Shown: piece after piece, positions 11,152 through 20,236 of the stretch
Layout: each line of letters begins with the position of its first letter
Position numbering within the stretch: the first letter of the stretch is position 1
Assembly (NCBI GenBank): GCA_002713325.1
Contig: PAWD01000021.1
Location: 15,535 to 79,534 of the forward strand
Direction of reading: 5' to 3'
Source: Nitrososphaerota archaeon
GTDB lineage: Archaea > Thermoproteota > Nitrososphaeria > Nitrososphaerales > UBA213
Length of the DNA stretch: 64,000 nt
Translations under genes and position numbers: made by a program
The notes under the pieces: model-generated
What the model was told of the DNA's origin: nothing
The model's database searches: none
Seen by the model: the letters and a program-made list of their open reading frames with translations, nothing else

Positions 11152-11427
11152 ATGATGGTAAGTAAAGAGGAAGTAAAACACCTAGCATGGTTAGCAAGGA
11201 TAGAACTTGATGATAAAGAACTGGAAGTTTATACAAAACAAGTTGAGCAGATAATAAGTTATTTTGATACATTAGATAAAATATCACTGGAAGATATTCA
11301 TATATCGCAGAGGAGTGTGCCATACTCGAAGTTCAGGGATGATGTACCAAAAGAATCAACTGATAATGTATTGAGTGTTGTAAAGAACAGTAAAGAAAAA
11401 TTCGTTAAAGCACCAAAGATGGCATGA
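11152..11427 (+). CDS. gatC: Asp/Glu-tRNA amidotransferase subunit C
   Basis: 91-aa ORF. The sequence VKHLAWLARIELDDKELE is typical of GatC. Its stop overlaps the gatA start (ATGA). Confidence 0.9.
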   Translation: MMVSKEEVKHLAWLARIELDDKELEVYTKQVEQIISYFDTLDKISLEDIHISQRSVPYSKFRDDVPKESTDNVLSVVKNSKEKFVKAPKMA

Positions 11428-12878
11428 TAACAATGGATCTATTAACTTCTAGCGCAGCAGATATTGTAACACAGATCAAAAAAGGATATGTAAGTACAGA
11501 AGAATATATTGCAAAAATATTTGATCATATAAAAAAGGTTGAAAGTAATGTACATGCATACATATCACTAAACGATTTGGCTATTGAAAGAGCAAGAGAG
11601 GTTGATAGTGCTGTGAAGAGGGGAGAGAAGTTGGGAAAACTTGCTGGTATCGCAATAGCTGTAAAGGATAACATATGTACTAGTAATATGAAAACAACAT
11701 GTGCATCAAAGATACTTGAGCATTATATTCCACCATACAACGCAACTGTTATAGAAATGCTTGAACGTGAAGGCGCAATAATAATTGGGAAAACAAACCT
11801 TGATGAGTTTGCGATGGGTACAACTACAGAATTTAGTAGATTTAAGGAAACTAGGAATCCATGGGATATCGAGAGAGTTCCTGGAGGTTCTTCTGGAGGC
11901 AGTGCAGCATCGTTAGCAGCTGGAGAAACTACACTTGCTCTTGGGTCTGATACTGGTGGTTCTATAAGATGTCCTGCAAGTTTCTGCTCAGTAGTAGGTT
12001 TGAAACCCACTTATGGTTTAGTTAGCAGATTCGGCCTAGTTTCATTTGCAAACAGCTTGGAACTGATCGGACCTATGTGTAGATCTGTTTACGATACAGC
12101 ATTGATGCTGAATTGTATAACAGGAAGAGATTCAATGGATCATACAACACTTGATGTTGATACAAAAGATTATACAGCAACAATAACGCAAGGTGTAAAG
12201 GGTCTGAAGATCGGTTTAGTTAGAGAAATGATCTCTGATGTAGATGAACATGTGTCTAAAACAATACATGATGCTGCAAGTAAATTTGAGAGTCTAGGCG
12301 CTAATCTTAATGAAGTTTCCATTGATTCATTACAATACGCATTAGCATCATATTATACAATAGCAATGGCAGAGGCTAGTAGTAACCTTGCAAGATATGA
12401 TGGTGTACGTTATGGTATAGATATGGGTCCAGAAGGTTTTGAATGGAATTCTTACTATACGAAGGTACGAAGTAACTTTGGTGATGTGGTAAAGAGAAGA
12501 ATAATTATTGGTACATACGTGTTATCATCTGGTTACTACGGAAAATATTACCTCAAGGCGCAGAAGGTACGAACTTTAATCAAGCAAGAATTCGCATCTT
12601 TATTCAAAACATACGATCTATTGATTGCACCAACTATGCCTATTCTACCGTTTAAAATTGGTGAAAAAACTATGGATCCGTTGCATATGTATATGACAGA
12701 TATAGATACTGTTGCTGCTAACCTTATAGGTATACCATCAATTTCTATTCCATGCGCATTTACAGATGGTTTACCCATTGGATTGCAGATAATGGGAGAT
12801 CACTTGAGTGAGGAACTACTAATAAGAGCTGCATATGCATTCGAAGAGATTACCGATGTGAAGAAGGTTATTGTATGA
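11424..12878 (+). CDS. gatA: Asp/Glu-tRNA amidotransferase subunit A (amidase)
   Basis: 484 aa. Amidase signature GGSSGGSAASLAAG...GSDTGGSIRCPA. Confidence 0.92.
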   Translation: MITMDLLTSSAADIVTQIKKGYVSTEEYIAKIFDHIKKVESNVHAYISLNDLAIERAREVDSAVKRGEKLGKLAGIAIAVKDNICTSNMKTTCASKILEHYIPPYNATVIEMLEREGAIIIGKTNLDEFAMGTTTEFSRFKETRNPWDIERVPGGSSGGSAASLAAGETTLALGSDTGGSIRCPASFCSVVGLKPTYGLVSRFGLVSFANSLELIGPMCRSVYDTALMLNCITGRDSMDHTTLDVDTKDYTATITQGVKGLKIGLVREMISDVDEHVSKTIHDAASKFESLGANLNEVSIDSLQYALASYYTIAMAEASSNLARYDGVRYGIDMGPEGFEWNSYYTKVRSNFGDVVKRRIIIGTYVLSSGYYGKYYLKAQKVRTLIKQEFASLFKTYDLLIAPTMPILPFKIGEKTMDPLHMYMTDIDTVAANLIGIPSISIPCAFTDGLPIGLQIMGDHLSEELLIRAAYAFEEITDVKKVIV

Positions 12879-14296
12879 AGATCAATATTGGACTTGAAAT
12901 ACATTGCCAAATGACAGGCCTGAAGAGCAAGCTCTTCTGTTCATGTGAGGCTGACTATAGGGGAAAGCAACCAAACGGAAATATTTGTCCTATATGCCTG
13001 GGATTACCTGGAACGCTACCATTGTTGAATAAAAAAGCATTAGAAAATGCATTAATGCTCTCACTGGCATTGAACTGCAAGATACCCGATGTAGTATCGT
13101 TCTACAGAAAGAATTACTTCTATCCAGATCTTCCAAAAAATTTTCAGATAACACAGTATAATAGTTATCAGATAAGCAGTATAGGTTCTGGTGGTACAGT
13201 AGAATTTGATCACAAGAAAGTCAGGATCAGACGTATTCAGCTAGAAGAGGATCCAGGTAGATTAGTTTACGAAAGTGGTATAGCGACATCTAACTACACA
13301 CTAGTAGATTATAACAGGGCCGGAGTAGCGCTCATGGAAATAGTTACTGAACCTGACTTTGATGATCCGAAAGATGTTAAACTTTTTCTAAATAAACTTG
13401 TATCGGTACTGGAACATCTTGGAACGTGTGACACAAAGTTAGATGGCGCTGTAAGGTGTGACGTCAATATTTCTCAGGAAAACAAAAAAAAAGTAGAGAT
13501 CAAAAATGTTGGTTCCTTCAAGGAAGTGGAGAAAGCATTAGTGTTTGAAATATCAAGACAAAAAAGTTTTGGTATTAAGGGTATTGAAGTGAAATCTGAG
13601 ACGAGGCATTGGGATGATATTAGAAGAATTACGATCCAGTCCAGAACCAAGGAGGAGGAACAGGATTATCGTTACTTTCCAGAACCAGATATTCCCGCGG
13701 CATATTTAGGTAATGAGTTAATAAATTCTCTAACAAAACAAATGCCAGAGCTACCAGATGCAAGAAAGTCTAGATTTGTTGAAAATTTTGGTTTATCGGA
13801 ACAAAATGCCCAGATCTTAATTGATGAGAAAGACACGGCTGACTTTTTTGAAGAGAGCTTGAAGTTATATGATGATGCGAAAGAGATATCTAACTGGTTC
13901 GTTACCGATCTAAAAGTGTTTATCAATGAGGCTAATGGTATAAGATCGCTGAAGATAAAACCTTCACATATAGCTGAGCTTGTTAAACTTGTAAACCAAT
14001 CCACAATTAGCAGGAATACAGCAAAACAGATCTTGCAACAGATAGTCAAAAGCGGGGAAATGCCATCAGTAGTGATGAATAATCTTAAAGCTACGAAGAT
14101 AAGTAATGAGGAAGCTCTTATACAAATTGTAGATGATGTATTTGCGAAGGAAACTATTGCTGTGCGGGACGCTCTGAAGAACGAGAAGGCCATAAACTTC
14201 CTATTGGGAAAGGTTATACAGTCTACAAGAGGTAGAGCAGATCCCAAACTTACTACTGAGTTGATAAGGAAGAAGATTGCAAGTATATCTACTTAG
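12875..14296 (+). CDS. gatB: Asp/Glu-tRNA amidotransferase subunit B
   Basis: 473 aa. N-terminus GLEIHCQ...KLFC.C, C-terminal YqeY-like tail. ATGA overlap with gatA. Confidence 0.92.
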   Translation: MKINIGLEIHCQMTGLKSKLFCSCEADYRGKQPNGNICPICLGLPGTLPLLNKKALENALMLSLALNCKIPDVVSFYRKNYFYPDLPKNFQITQYNSYQISSIGSGGTVEFDHKKVRIRRIQLEEDPGRLVYESGIATSNYTLVDYNRAGVALMEIVTEPDFDDPKDVKLFLNKLVSVLEHLGTCDTKLDGAVRCDVNISQENKKKVEIKNVGSFKEVEKALVFEISRQKSFGIKGIEVKSETRHWDDIRRITIQSRTKEEEQDYRYFPEPDIPAAYLGNELINSLTKQMPELPDARKSRFVENFGLSEQNAQILIDEKDTADFFEESLKLYDDAKEISNWFVTDLKVFINEANGIRSLKIKPSHIAELVKLVNQSTISRNTAKQILQQIVKSGEMPSVVMNNLKATKISNEEALIQIVDDVFAKETIAVRDALKNEKAINFLLGKVIQSTRGRADPKLTTELIRKKIASIST

Positions 14297-15530
14297 TTTT
14301 GCTTATCTGTTCCAGATGGTCTACTATCATAGGTAAGAACGCACCCACATCTGATACTATCCCTATTGCCTGTAAAGTACCTCTATCTAGCAATTTTGTA
14401 ACAACTGGCTGACTGATATCAACAGCAATCACCTTTACATTAGAAGATAACATATTTCCTACAGCAATAGAATGAAGCATAGTACAGAGCATAAGCACCA
14501 TATCAACACTCCTAAGAATTTCCTTATACTTCTTCTGTGACTCCACAACATCTGTTATACAATCAGGAATGGGACCGTCATCGCGTAAAGAACCTGCCAA
14601 TACATATGGAATATCATTCTTAATACATTCATACATTATACCACTTTTCAGAACACCTTTCTTAACCATCTCCTTTATTGAACCAGCCTTGAAGACTTCG
14701 TTCACTGTTTGCATGTGATTTCTATGTCCCCTAACTGCAAGTGTTCCATCTTTAACATACATACCAAGTGATGTTCCCATTAATGCATACTCCATATCAT
14801 GAACTGCTAATGCATTACCCGCAAGCAAACCGTCTATGTAACCCATTCTTATCAACTTTGCAAGCGATTCAGATGCTCCAGTATGCACTATCGCTGGCCC
14901 TCCTACTACCACTATTCTTCCTTTTTTTAATTTCGTATAATAGATATCATGGCCAATTTTTCTTGCTACATGCTGTGTAGGCCTTTCACTAGAACTGTTA
15001 CTACTCATGAACTGAAAAACATCCACACCTTCCCTAGGCCTCTCTGGAGGTGAAATTTTAACGCCTTTCTCTCCAACAATTATAAGATCATCCTTCTTGA
15101 CACTCCTTACAGGTTTGCAGTATGCTCTATTCTTTTCCTGATCATAAACAATACATTTATCCATCATCATATTTTCTACTTCGATCCAATCATCTTTGTG
15201 TATGAAAGTTGGATTATTTGTTGAACTGTAGAAGTTATCAGGCATGACCATATCTCGTGGTGCCTTCTCCAACATAACACTCTCTATTAAAACAGGAACT
15301 GCTCCTTCACGAGAAACTTCTTCCATCAATTGTTCAAGATGTTTCTTGTTTTTACCCTTGATCAGTAGTTTAGCATAACTTGGAGCCATTTTCTCTTTCC
15401 CTATACTAAAATCTAAAACTTCAAAATCACCATTTAGATCCATGATTTTATCGAATATTCTAGTTAATATCATAGAATCTATTAGATGACCTTTTACCTC
15501 GATCTCTTTTTCAAATTTCAAGTTGAACAC
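14289..15530 (-). CDS. LOR/SDH-type (TIGR00300-like) conserved archaeal protein, possible ornithine cyclodeaminase-type enzyme
   Basis: 413-aa ORF. Family assignment is from memory of the N-terminal KGHLIDS..L...D and central VVVGGPAIVHTG motifs. Its stop overlaps the gatB stop convergently by 8 nt. Confidence 0.55.
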   Translation of the reverse strand: MFNLKFEKEIEVKGHLIDSMILTRIFDKIMDLNGDFEVLDFSIGKEKMAPSYAKLLIKGKNKKHLEQLMEEVSREGAVPVLIESVMLEKAPRDMVMPDNFYSSTNNPTFIHKDDWIEVENMMMDKCIVYDQEKNRAYCKPVRSVKKDDLIIVGEKGVKISPPERPREGVDVFQFMSSNSSSERPTQHVARKIGHDIYYTKLKKGRIVVVGGPAIVHTGASESLAKLIRMGYIDGLLAGNALAVHDMEYALMGTSLGMYVKDGTLAVRGHRNHMQTVNEVFKAGSIKEMVKKGVLKSGIMYECIKNDIPYVLAGSLRDDGPIPDCITDVVESQKKYKEILRSVDMVLMLCTMLHSIAVGNMLSSNVKVIAVDISQPVVTKLLDRGTLQAIGIVSDVGAFLPMIVDHLEQISKTK

Positions 15531-15580
15531 CGATCACAAAACCATCTTTGTCCATTACTTAAAAAGATATACAGGGATCT

Positions 15581-15852
15581 TTATCTTGTCAACATATTAA
15601 CCATTTCATCAATCTTCATTTGTGTAACGACCTTATCCACATCTTCTCTCTTGAACCATGATGTTATGGCCTTTGCATTACCCTCATTATCACAGAGATA
15701 AATTATACATCCATGCTTTTCTACAACCAGTCCAGCAGGTCTTCTTCACCTACAGGTTCCCAAACATTGTTGTTGTTTTCTTTCAAAGCAATGGTGGATA
15801 TCACATTTCCAGTATATTTCTTCAGTTTCAAAGTGATATCTTTGATCCTTAC
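15581..15852 (-). pseudogene. Small ORF split across two reading frames (possible frameshifted gene)
   Basis: Frame A (15852->15721) reads ..KLKKYTGNVISTIALKENNNNVWEPVGEEDLLDWL*. Frame B (15745->15581) reads RRPAGLVVEKHGCIIYLCDNEGNAKAITSWFKREDVDKVVTQMKIDEMVNMLTR* and has no start codon. The two frames overlap by ~25 nt. Confidence 0.3.
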
Positions 15853-15905
15853 TTATCTTATTTTCAATGCTTGAAAGTATTATATATAGAATCCTATGTT
15901 TTAAC

Positions 15906-16436
15906 CTACTTTAAACTATTCAATATCTTCAATAATTCTTTATCTCTTATACCTGCTCTTGCAGAAAGAAAGAACTGTTCTAGGAGTTGATGACTATAAC
16001 CTTTCTTCAAATAGTCATTTGCCTGTAACGCCATCTCCAACCTATCTATTTGGTGAACAAGTTTAGCTTCCTTACTTGACATATCCTTGTAGTCTTTCCA
16101 TAATCTGCTATAACTTATACGTATATTTGGAGGTAATTTACCCAAAATATTTTTCATCGCTTTTACTTCCTTATCGTTCTTCGTCTTCTTTGTTAGTTCA
16201 CTTGGCATATAATCGCCTGTAATCGATTCTGCCAGATCATGAAGTAGAGCCATCTTCAATACTTTATTGGTATTTAATCCCTTTTGTTCCGCAATTACCA
16301 TACATATGAGTGCGGTAAGATAAGAATGACCTGCAACCGATTCATGTTCTTTTACTTTGATCTTCGCTATCCATCCGTTCCTTTCAGTCCACTTGAGTTT
16401 GTTAGCAATCTCAAAGAATCCAAGTAGGTCTACCAT
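15906..16436 (-). CDS. HD-domain phosphohydrolase (YfbR-like 5'-nucleotidase family)
   Basis: 176 aa. Contains ESVAGHSY and LLHDLAESITGD (H...HD...D metal-binding pattern). Confidence 0.8.
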   Translation of the reverse strand: MVDLLGFFEIANKLKWTERNGWIAKIKVKEHESVAGHSYLTALICMVIAEQKGLNTNKVLKMALLHDLAESITGDYMPSELTKKTKNDKEVKAMKNILGKLPPNIRISYSRLWKDYKDMSSKEAKLVHQIDRLEMALQANDYLKKGYSHQLLEQFFLSARAGIRDKELLKILNSLK

Positions 16437-16926
16437 TTACCGATATCACTTTCCATGAGCCCTGAACCAGTGGGTAAGCGATCTATAAGTTTGGAAATCT
16501 TGCTTTTGTCTTTAGATGTAGAATTATAGTATTGATATTTCACGTTGCTCATATTAAGAGTTCAGTCATACGTGATTTTAACTTAATTATTTGAGCTGTA
16601 TTATTATTTAGTTCGGGTCTCTTAATACACTAATCAGAAAGAAATAATCTATATCTGTAGTTGGGAGTGAAATTTTACCATAAAATATGTAGTTATCAAA
16701 GAGTTGTGAAAGATACTAGTATAACCATATTATGGTTATCTCAATAAGTATTAGTGTGCGATGTTTGATCCAACGTAATCCCCTGTTGAGCGATCAAACT
16801 TGTTAAAATTTATTCTATTTTATCCTCATAGTTGATAAGTTGAGATTGCTTAATGGTTTGTATATTATTTATTACCCATTAATTCAAGTAATATTGTTAA
16901 ACAATAATTGGTATGGAGTGTAAATA

Positions 16927-17157
16927 GTGAAACATATTCTGTTAGGCATATTACCTCTTAAGGTTCTAGTCGGCGTAGGTGCTGCCTTTTTGATAATTTC
17001 TGGTTCTATTGTATTTGGTCTTATAGATGCGAGTATGTTGAATTATACTGGTAATGACCTGCTCACCAGAAAGATTATTTACACTACTGGCGGATTTGGA
17101 TTTGTGGTAATGGTTCTGGCTGGTATGTATTATTTTCAGTACAAGTATAGGTTATAA
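16927..17157 (+). CDS. Small membrane protein (two predicted TM helices)
   Basis: 76-aa ORF with GTG start. Two long hydrophobic stretches. No homology recognised. Confidence 0.4.
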   Translation: MKHILLGILPLKVLVGVGAAFLIISGSIVFGLIDASMLNYTGNDLLTRKIIYTTGGFGFVVMVLAGMYYFQYKYRL

Positions 17158-17193
17158 TGCAACGTTAATAAAAAATGATATTGATGTGTTTGT

Positions 17194-17742
17194 ATGGTAA
17201 AGATATACACTAAGGGCGGAGATAATGGCGATACTTCCTTAATAGGCGGTAAACGTGTTTCAAAATCGAGTGTACGAATAAATGCGTATGGTAATGTTGA
17301 TGAATTGAGCGCTTCTATAGGCATTGTAGCATCATTCATTGATGATAATGAAATTAGGAAATTACTTGAACAAATACAAGAAAAACTATTCATAATAGGT
17401 TCGGATTTGGCTGATCCATTATATCCTGATAATACAAACAATATTCCTAGAGTTACTGATATAATGGTTAAGGAATTGGAGAATATTATTGACAAGTATG
17501 AGCAGGAAGTCGGAGTAATACAATACTTTATTTTACCAGGTGGAAGTAAAGAAGCATCATTTCTACATTTGGCGAGATGCATTGCTAGAAGAGCCGAAAG
17601 AAATTGCGTTGAATTATCAACTAAAGAAAAGATTAATCACGAGATAATCCCCTATATTAATAGACTGTCTGATTTACTTTTCATGTTAGCTAGGGTAGTA
17701 AATAAGCGACTGAACATAGATGATATTGCTTGGCATAACTGA
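17194..17742 (+). CDS. ATP:cob(I)alamin adenosyltransferase, PduO type
   Basis: 182 aa. The N-terminus IYTKGGDNGDTSL.GG.RV.K...R..AYG.VDEL is diagnostic of the PduO/MMAB family. Confidence 0.88.
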   Translation: MVKIYTKGGDNGDTSLIGGKRVSKSSVRINAYGNVDELSASIGIVASFIDDNEIRKLLEQIQEKLFIIGSDLADPLYPDNTNNIPRVTDIMVKELENIIDKYEQEVGVIQYFILPGGSKEASFLHLARCIARRAERNCVELSTKEKINHEIIPYINRLSDLLFMLARVVNKRLNIDDIAWHN

Positions 17743-17982
17743 TCATTCTTTCTGTACACTCTTAACAGTTTGTTCCAATGAATTTCACTTCCTTTTTGAG
17801 TTAGATTATAGCCTTCGTATTTATGAATATAATGGCAGTCCAGAACGATATCAGTATCATGAATATTGTATTGCAATCATCTTTATCACTTGATTCAGCA
17901 AATGAATATTTGTGATATATGTTTACACTAATTTTGTGTAGAACAAAACTGTTAAATTTGCGCTACCTAAAGTAACCGCTGT

Positions 17983-18072
17983 GCCGCCGTAGCTCAGCCT
18001 GGGAGAGCACTCGACCTTTTTGGGGTGATGCTGAAGACCGAGCTGTCGTGTGTTCAAGTCACACCGGCGGCA
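17983..18072 (+). tRNA. tRNA-Phe(GAA) with 16-nt intron after position 32
   Basis: Acceptor GCCGCCG/CGGCGGC, A73. D arm GCTC-AGCCTGGGA-GAGC. T arm GTGTG-TTCAAGT-CACAC. Removing 18016..18031 gives anticodon arm CTCGA-CTGAAGA-CCGAG (anticodon GAA at 18033-18035). No encoded CCA. Confidence 0.85.
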
Positions 18073-18528
18073 TATCTACTAATTGAGACTCATTTCCTGT
18101 AATATTACATACAAAAGAAATACCTAGGCGAGTATTTAACACGGTATTTTAAATGAGTATAAAAGCTCGAAATCACGGAGCGTTATGAATAAAGGATTAA
18201 TCACTTTTGCAGGAATATATTGATTACTTCATAACAAGTAGAACCGAGTAAAGGATTCTGACTATCTAATAATCCCTCAGTAATGACGGAGTAATTATAT
18301 CTATTATTGAATTGTTTGTAAATGTGGAATTTATTATTGATGAAGTTTTATGGACATTTAGATAATGGATATATCCATCTAATCTACCCATTGCTACGTA
18401 TAATGGCGTAATCAAACAAGTATACATAGTAGGTTCAAATTCAATTTTCATGATTAATAGAGGTCAAGAGCGGAAATAATAACAGAAAAGTTATATACGT
18501 CTATTCCATGTTTTCTATCTAGAATATT

Positions 18529-18894
18529 ATGAACAGACTCGTGATTTACAGTTTAGGTGCAGTTCTATTACTTGGAACATTTGCAGGTGCATCTGTCATG
18601 GGCCAAATGTATGGTAGCGGTACTGGTGGTTCTATACAGAAAGCTTCACCAGAACAATTGAAAGAATGTGCTGCATTAGATATACCAGAGTTTTCATGTA
18701 CAGAAAATACTATACTTGCAAAGAGAAGAATAGGAATAGCAGCCCAAGGGGATGCGTATGGTTCTGGTACACCCATGCTTAGTCAAGCATTTGGTGAGAT
18801 GGGCGTTTTAATAGCAGTTCTTGCTGTTATCTTTGGCGCTGTTGCAGTTGTATTCTTTGTCAAGGCCCGAGGAACTAAGAAACAGGTCCAATAA
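18529..18894 (+). CDS. Small exported/membrane-anchored protein next to the amo cluster (candidate AMO-associated subunit)
   Basis: 121 aa. Signal-like N-terminus, duplicated YGSGT motif, one C-terminal TM helix (GVLIAVLAVIFGAVAVVFFV) followed by a basic tail. Confidence 0.6.
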   Translation: MNRLVIYSLGAVLLLGTFAGASVMGQMYGSGTGGSIQKASPEQLKECAALDIPEFSCTENTILAKRRIGIAAQGDAYGSGTPMLSQAFGEMGVLIAVLAVIFGAVAVVFFVKARGTKKQVQ

Positions 18895-19017
18895 TTCTCC
18901 TTTAATTTTTGTTATATTTAGATCATATAAGTATAATCAATGATTTTAGTTATAGTCATTAATAGGTTATAAGAAACACAGAAATGTATATATTCACGCA
19001 TATTCATCAATAGTTTA

Positions 19018-19290
19018 ATGTTTGCGATATTTTCCTTAGTTTCATGGATTGGTGCGTCACTGACTAAGATGACTGGGCAGATAGGTCCTGTGTACGATCC
19101 CCTGTTCTATGATGTCATGGTATACATATTTGGGACAATGCTCTTTGCTGTATTCTTGCTTGCTGTTATAGCATTCTGGATGAGAAAGAAAGGAATTGGT
19201 GTCTCTTCAAAGGAAACATGGGTCAAGGAGCTGGACAAGCACTACGAAAGAGAAGGCACTGGTCTTATCCCAGAAGAATCGCTAAAGTAA
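19018..19290 (+). CDS. Small membrane protein convergent with amoB (candidate AMO-associated subunit)
   Basis: 90 aa. Hydrophobic N-terminus plus TM helix VYIFGTMLFAVFLLAVIAFW, then a charged C-terminal tail. Confidence 0.6.
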   Translation: MFAIFSLVSWIGASLTKMTGQIGPVYDPLFYDVMVYIFGTMLFAVFLLAVIAFWMRKKGIGVSSKETWVKELDKHYEREGTGLIPEESLK

Positions 19291-19293
19291 TAC

Positions 19294-19340
19294 ACCCCTA
19301 ACTTTTTCTATTTTTTCTATTTTACCGTTTTCTATTTTGT
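19294..19340. terminator. C-run plus oligo-T termination zone between the convergent 19018 ORF and amoB
   Basis: CACCCC is followed by three copies of TTTTCTATTTT (19304, 19313, 19328). The opposite strand has CTTTTTTCATTTT just after the amoB stop. Confidence 0.45.
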
Positions 19341-19404
19341 AAGAGTTACAAGATTTTAATTTCCATTAACCTAATACTTAAAATGAAAAAAGTATGTGGC
19401 TTGT

Positions 19405-19962
19405 TTAGATCACTTGCCACGGTTTTGTCGCAAACGATACACCTAGTCCTGCAGCAATGACTATACTTTGATAGATAACACTTCCAGTGGAGACAGGTTT
19501 CACTATTGGTTCACCCTCTACGACCACTGTTTGACCAGCACCAAGACCTGGTCCTATACCTTGAACATTAAGCTGTGTATGTAAGTGGTACACACCTGCT
19601 TCAAGTGCTTTTATCCGCAACGAGTAATCTACTTCACTATTTGCAGAAATATCAAATACGTTACCAGGTGGGTCTCGTGCAAGAAACTCCCATCTATTAC
19701 CAGCGTTGGTAGAGTCACTAAACACAGACAGCCAAGCTCTTGTATCTCTGTTGACCAGACTGATCAACGTTCCTCTAATCTCAATTTCTTCACCAGTTTC
19801 TAATGTCTGTGTAGAGAAAGTTTCATCTGTAACTCTAATGAACCTACTCTGCAACTGTGCTTGTACACCATGACCCCATGCATTTTCTAGTAAAATTGTA
19901 ACACTGCTGAGTACTATTATCGCAAAAAGACTCGATATTAACATTGTTTTGCTCGTCTTCAT
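19405..19962 (-). CDS. amoB: Ammonia monooxygenase subunit B, archaeal type
   Basis: 185 aa. Signal sequence followed by the mature N-terminal HGVQAQLQSRF, one cupredoxin-like domain and one C-terminal TM helix. Recognised as archaeal AmoB. Adjacent to amoC/X/A. Confidence 0.93.
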   Translation of the reverse strand: MKTSKTMLISSLFAIIVLSSVTILLENAWGHGVQAQLQSRFIRVTDETFSTQTLETGEEIEIRGTLISLVNRDTRAWLSVFSDSTNAGNRWEFLARDPPGNVFDISANSEVDYSLRIKALEAGVYHLHTQLNVQGIGPGLGAGQTVVVEGEPIVKPVSTGSVIYQSIVIAAGLGVSFATKPWQVI

Positions 19963-19986
19963 TAACCCATAACGACAATGAACAAA

Positions 19987-19999
19987 GATATATGTTTTA
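19987..19999 (-). promoter_or_regulatory. TATA-like box for amoB
   Basis: The minus-strand sequence TAAAACATATATC is centred ~31 nt upstream of the amoB ATG (19962). Confidence 0.4.
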
Positions 20000-20199
20000 T
20001 CTTTACAAATTGTATCTTGTTTGTGGTTTTACGCATAGAATCACTACTTGTATAACTATAATGTTTATCTTAATTGTTAATCATTACAGCTATAGAATTT
20101 ATAACATAAATACATCATTCTACTTTAAATTTTCTTATCCTAAATAGTAACAACATCAAAATATTACAATATATTATTGAAAATTTCAACTGTAATACT

Positions 20200-20209
20200 A
20201 ATATATTAA
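20200..20209 (+). promoter_or_regulatory. TATA-like box for amoC
   Basis: AATATATTAA is centred ~32 nt upstream of the amoC ATG (20237). Confidence 0.4.
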
Positions 20210-20236
20210 GAAAGACATACTAGAAATTGAATAAAT

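Noticed and set aside
13672-14247. 191-aa minus-strand ORF inside gatB; also 11723..12010 and 12548..12778 inside gatA, 17136..17582 inside the PduO-type gene, and 23840..24241 inside the dehydrogenase gene.
   Set aside because: All are antisense to confidently identified conserved genes, and none has recognisable motifs.
15486-15990. Plus-strand ORFs 15486..15701 and 15658..15990.
   Set aside because: Low-complexity translations that overlap the ends of two well-supported minus-strand genes. The region is better explained by the split minus-strand ORF.
16430-16552. 40-aa minus-strand ORF (MSNVKYQYYNSTSKDKSKISKLIDRLPTGSGLMESDIGKW) whose stop overlaps the HD-hydrolase ATG (ATGGTAG).
   Set aside because: The coupling-like overlap is suggestive, but the peptide is low-complexity and unsupported by any motif.
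16763-16799. 8-bp inverted repeat GTTTGATC...GATCAAAC with a 21-nt loop upstream of ORF 16927.
   Set aside because: A short stem with a large loop. It is expected fairly often by chance in 64 kb of AT-rich DNA, and there is no second copy or associated signal.
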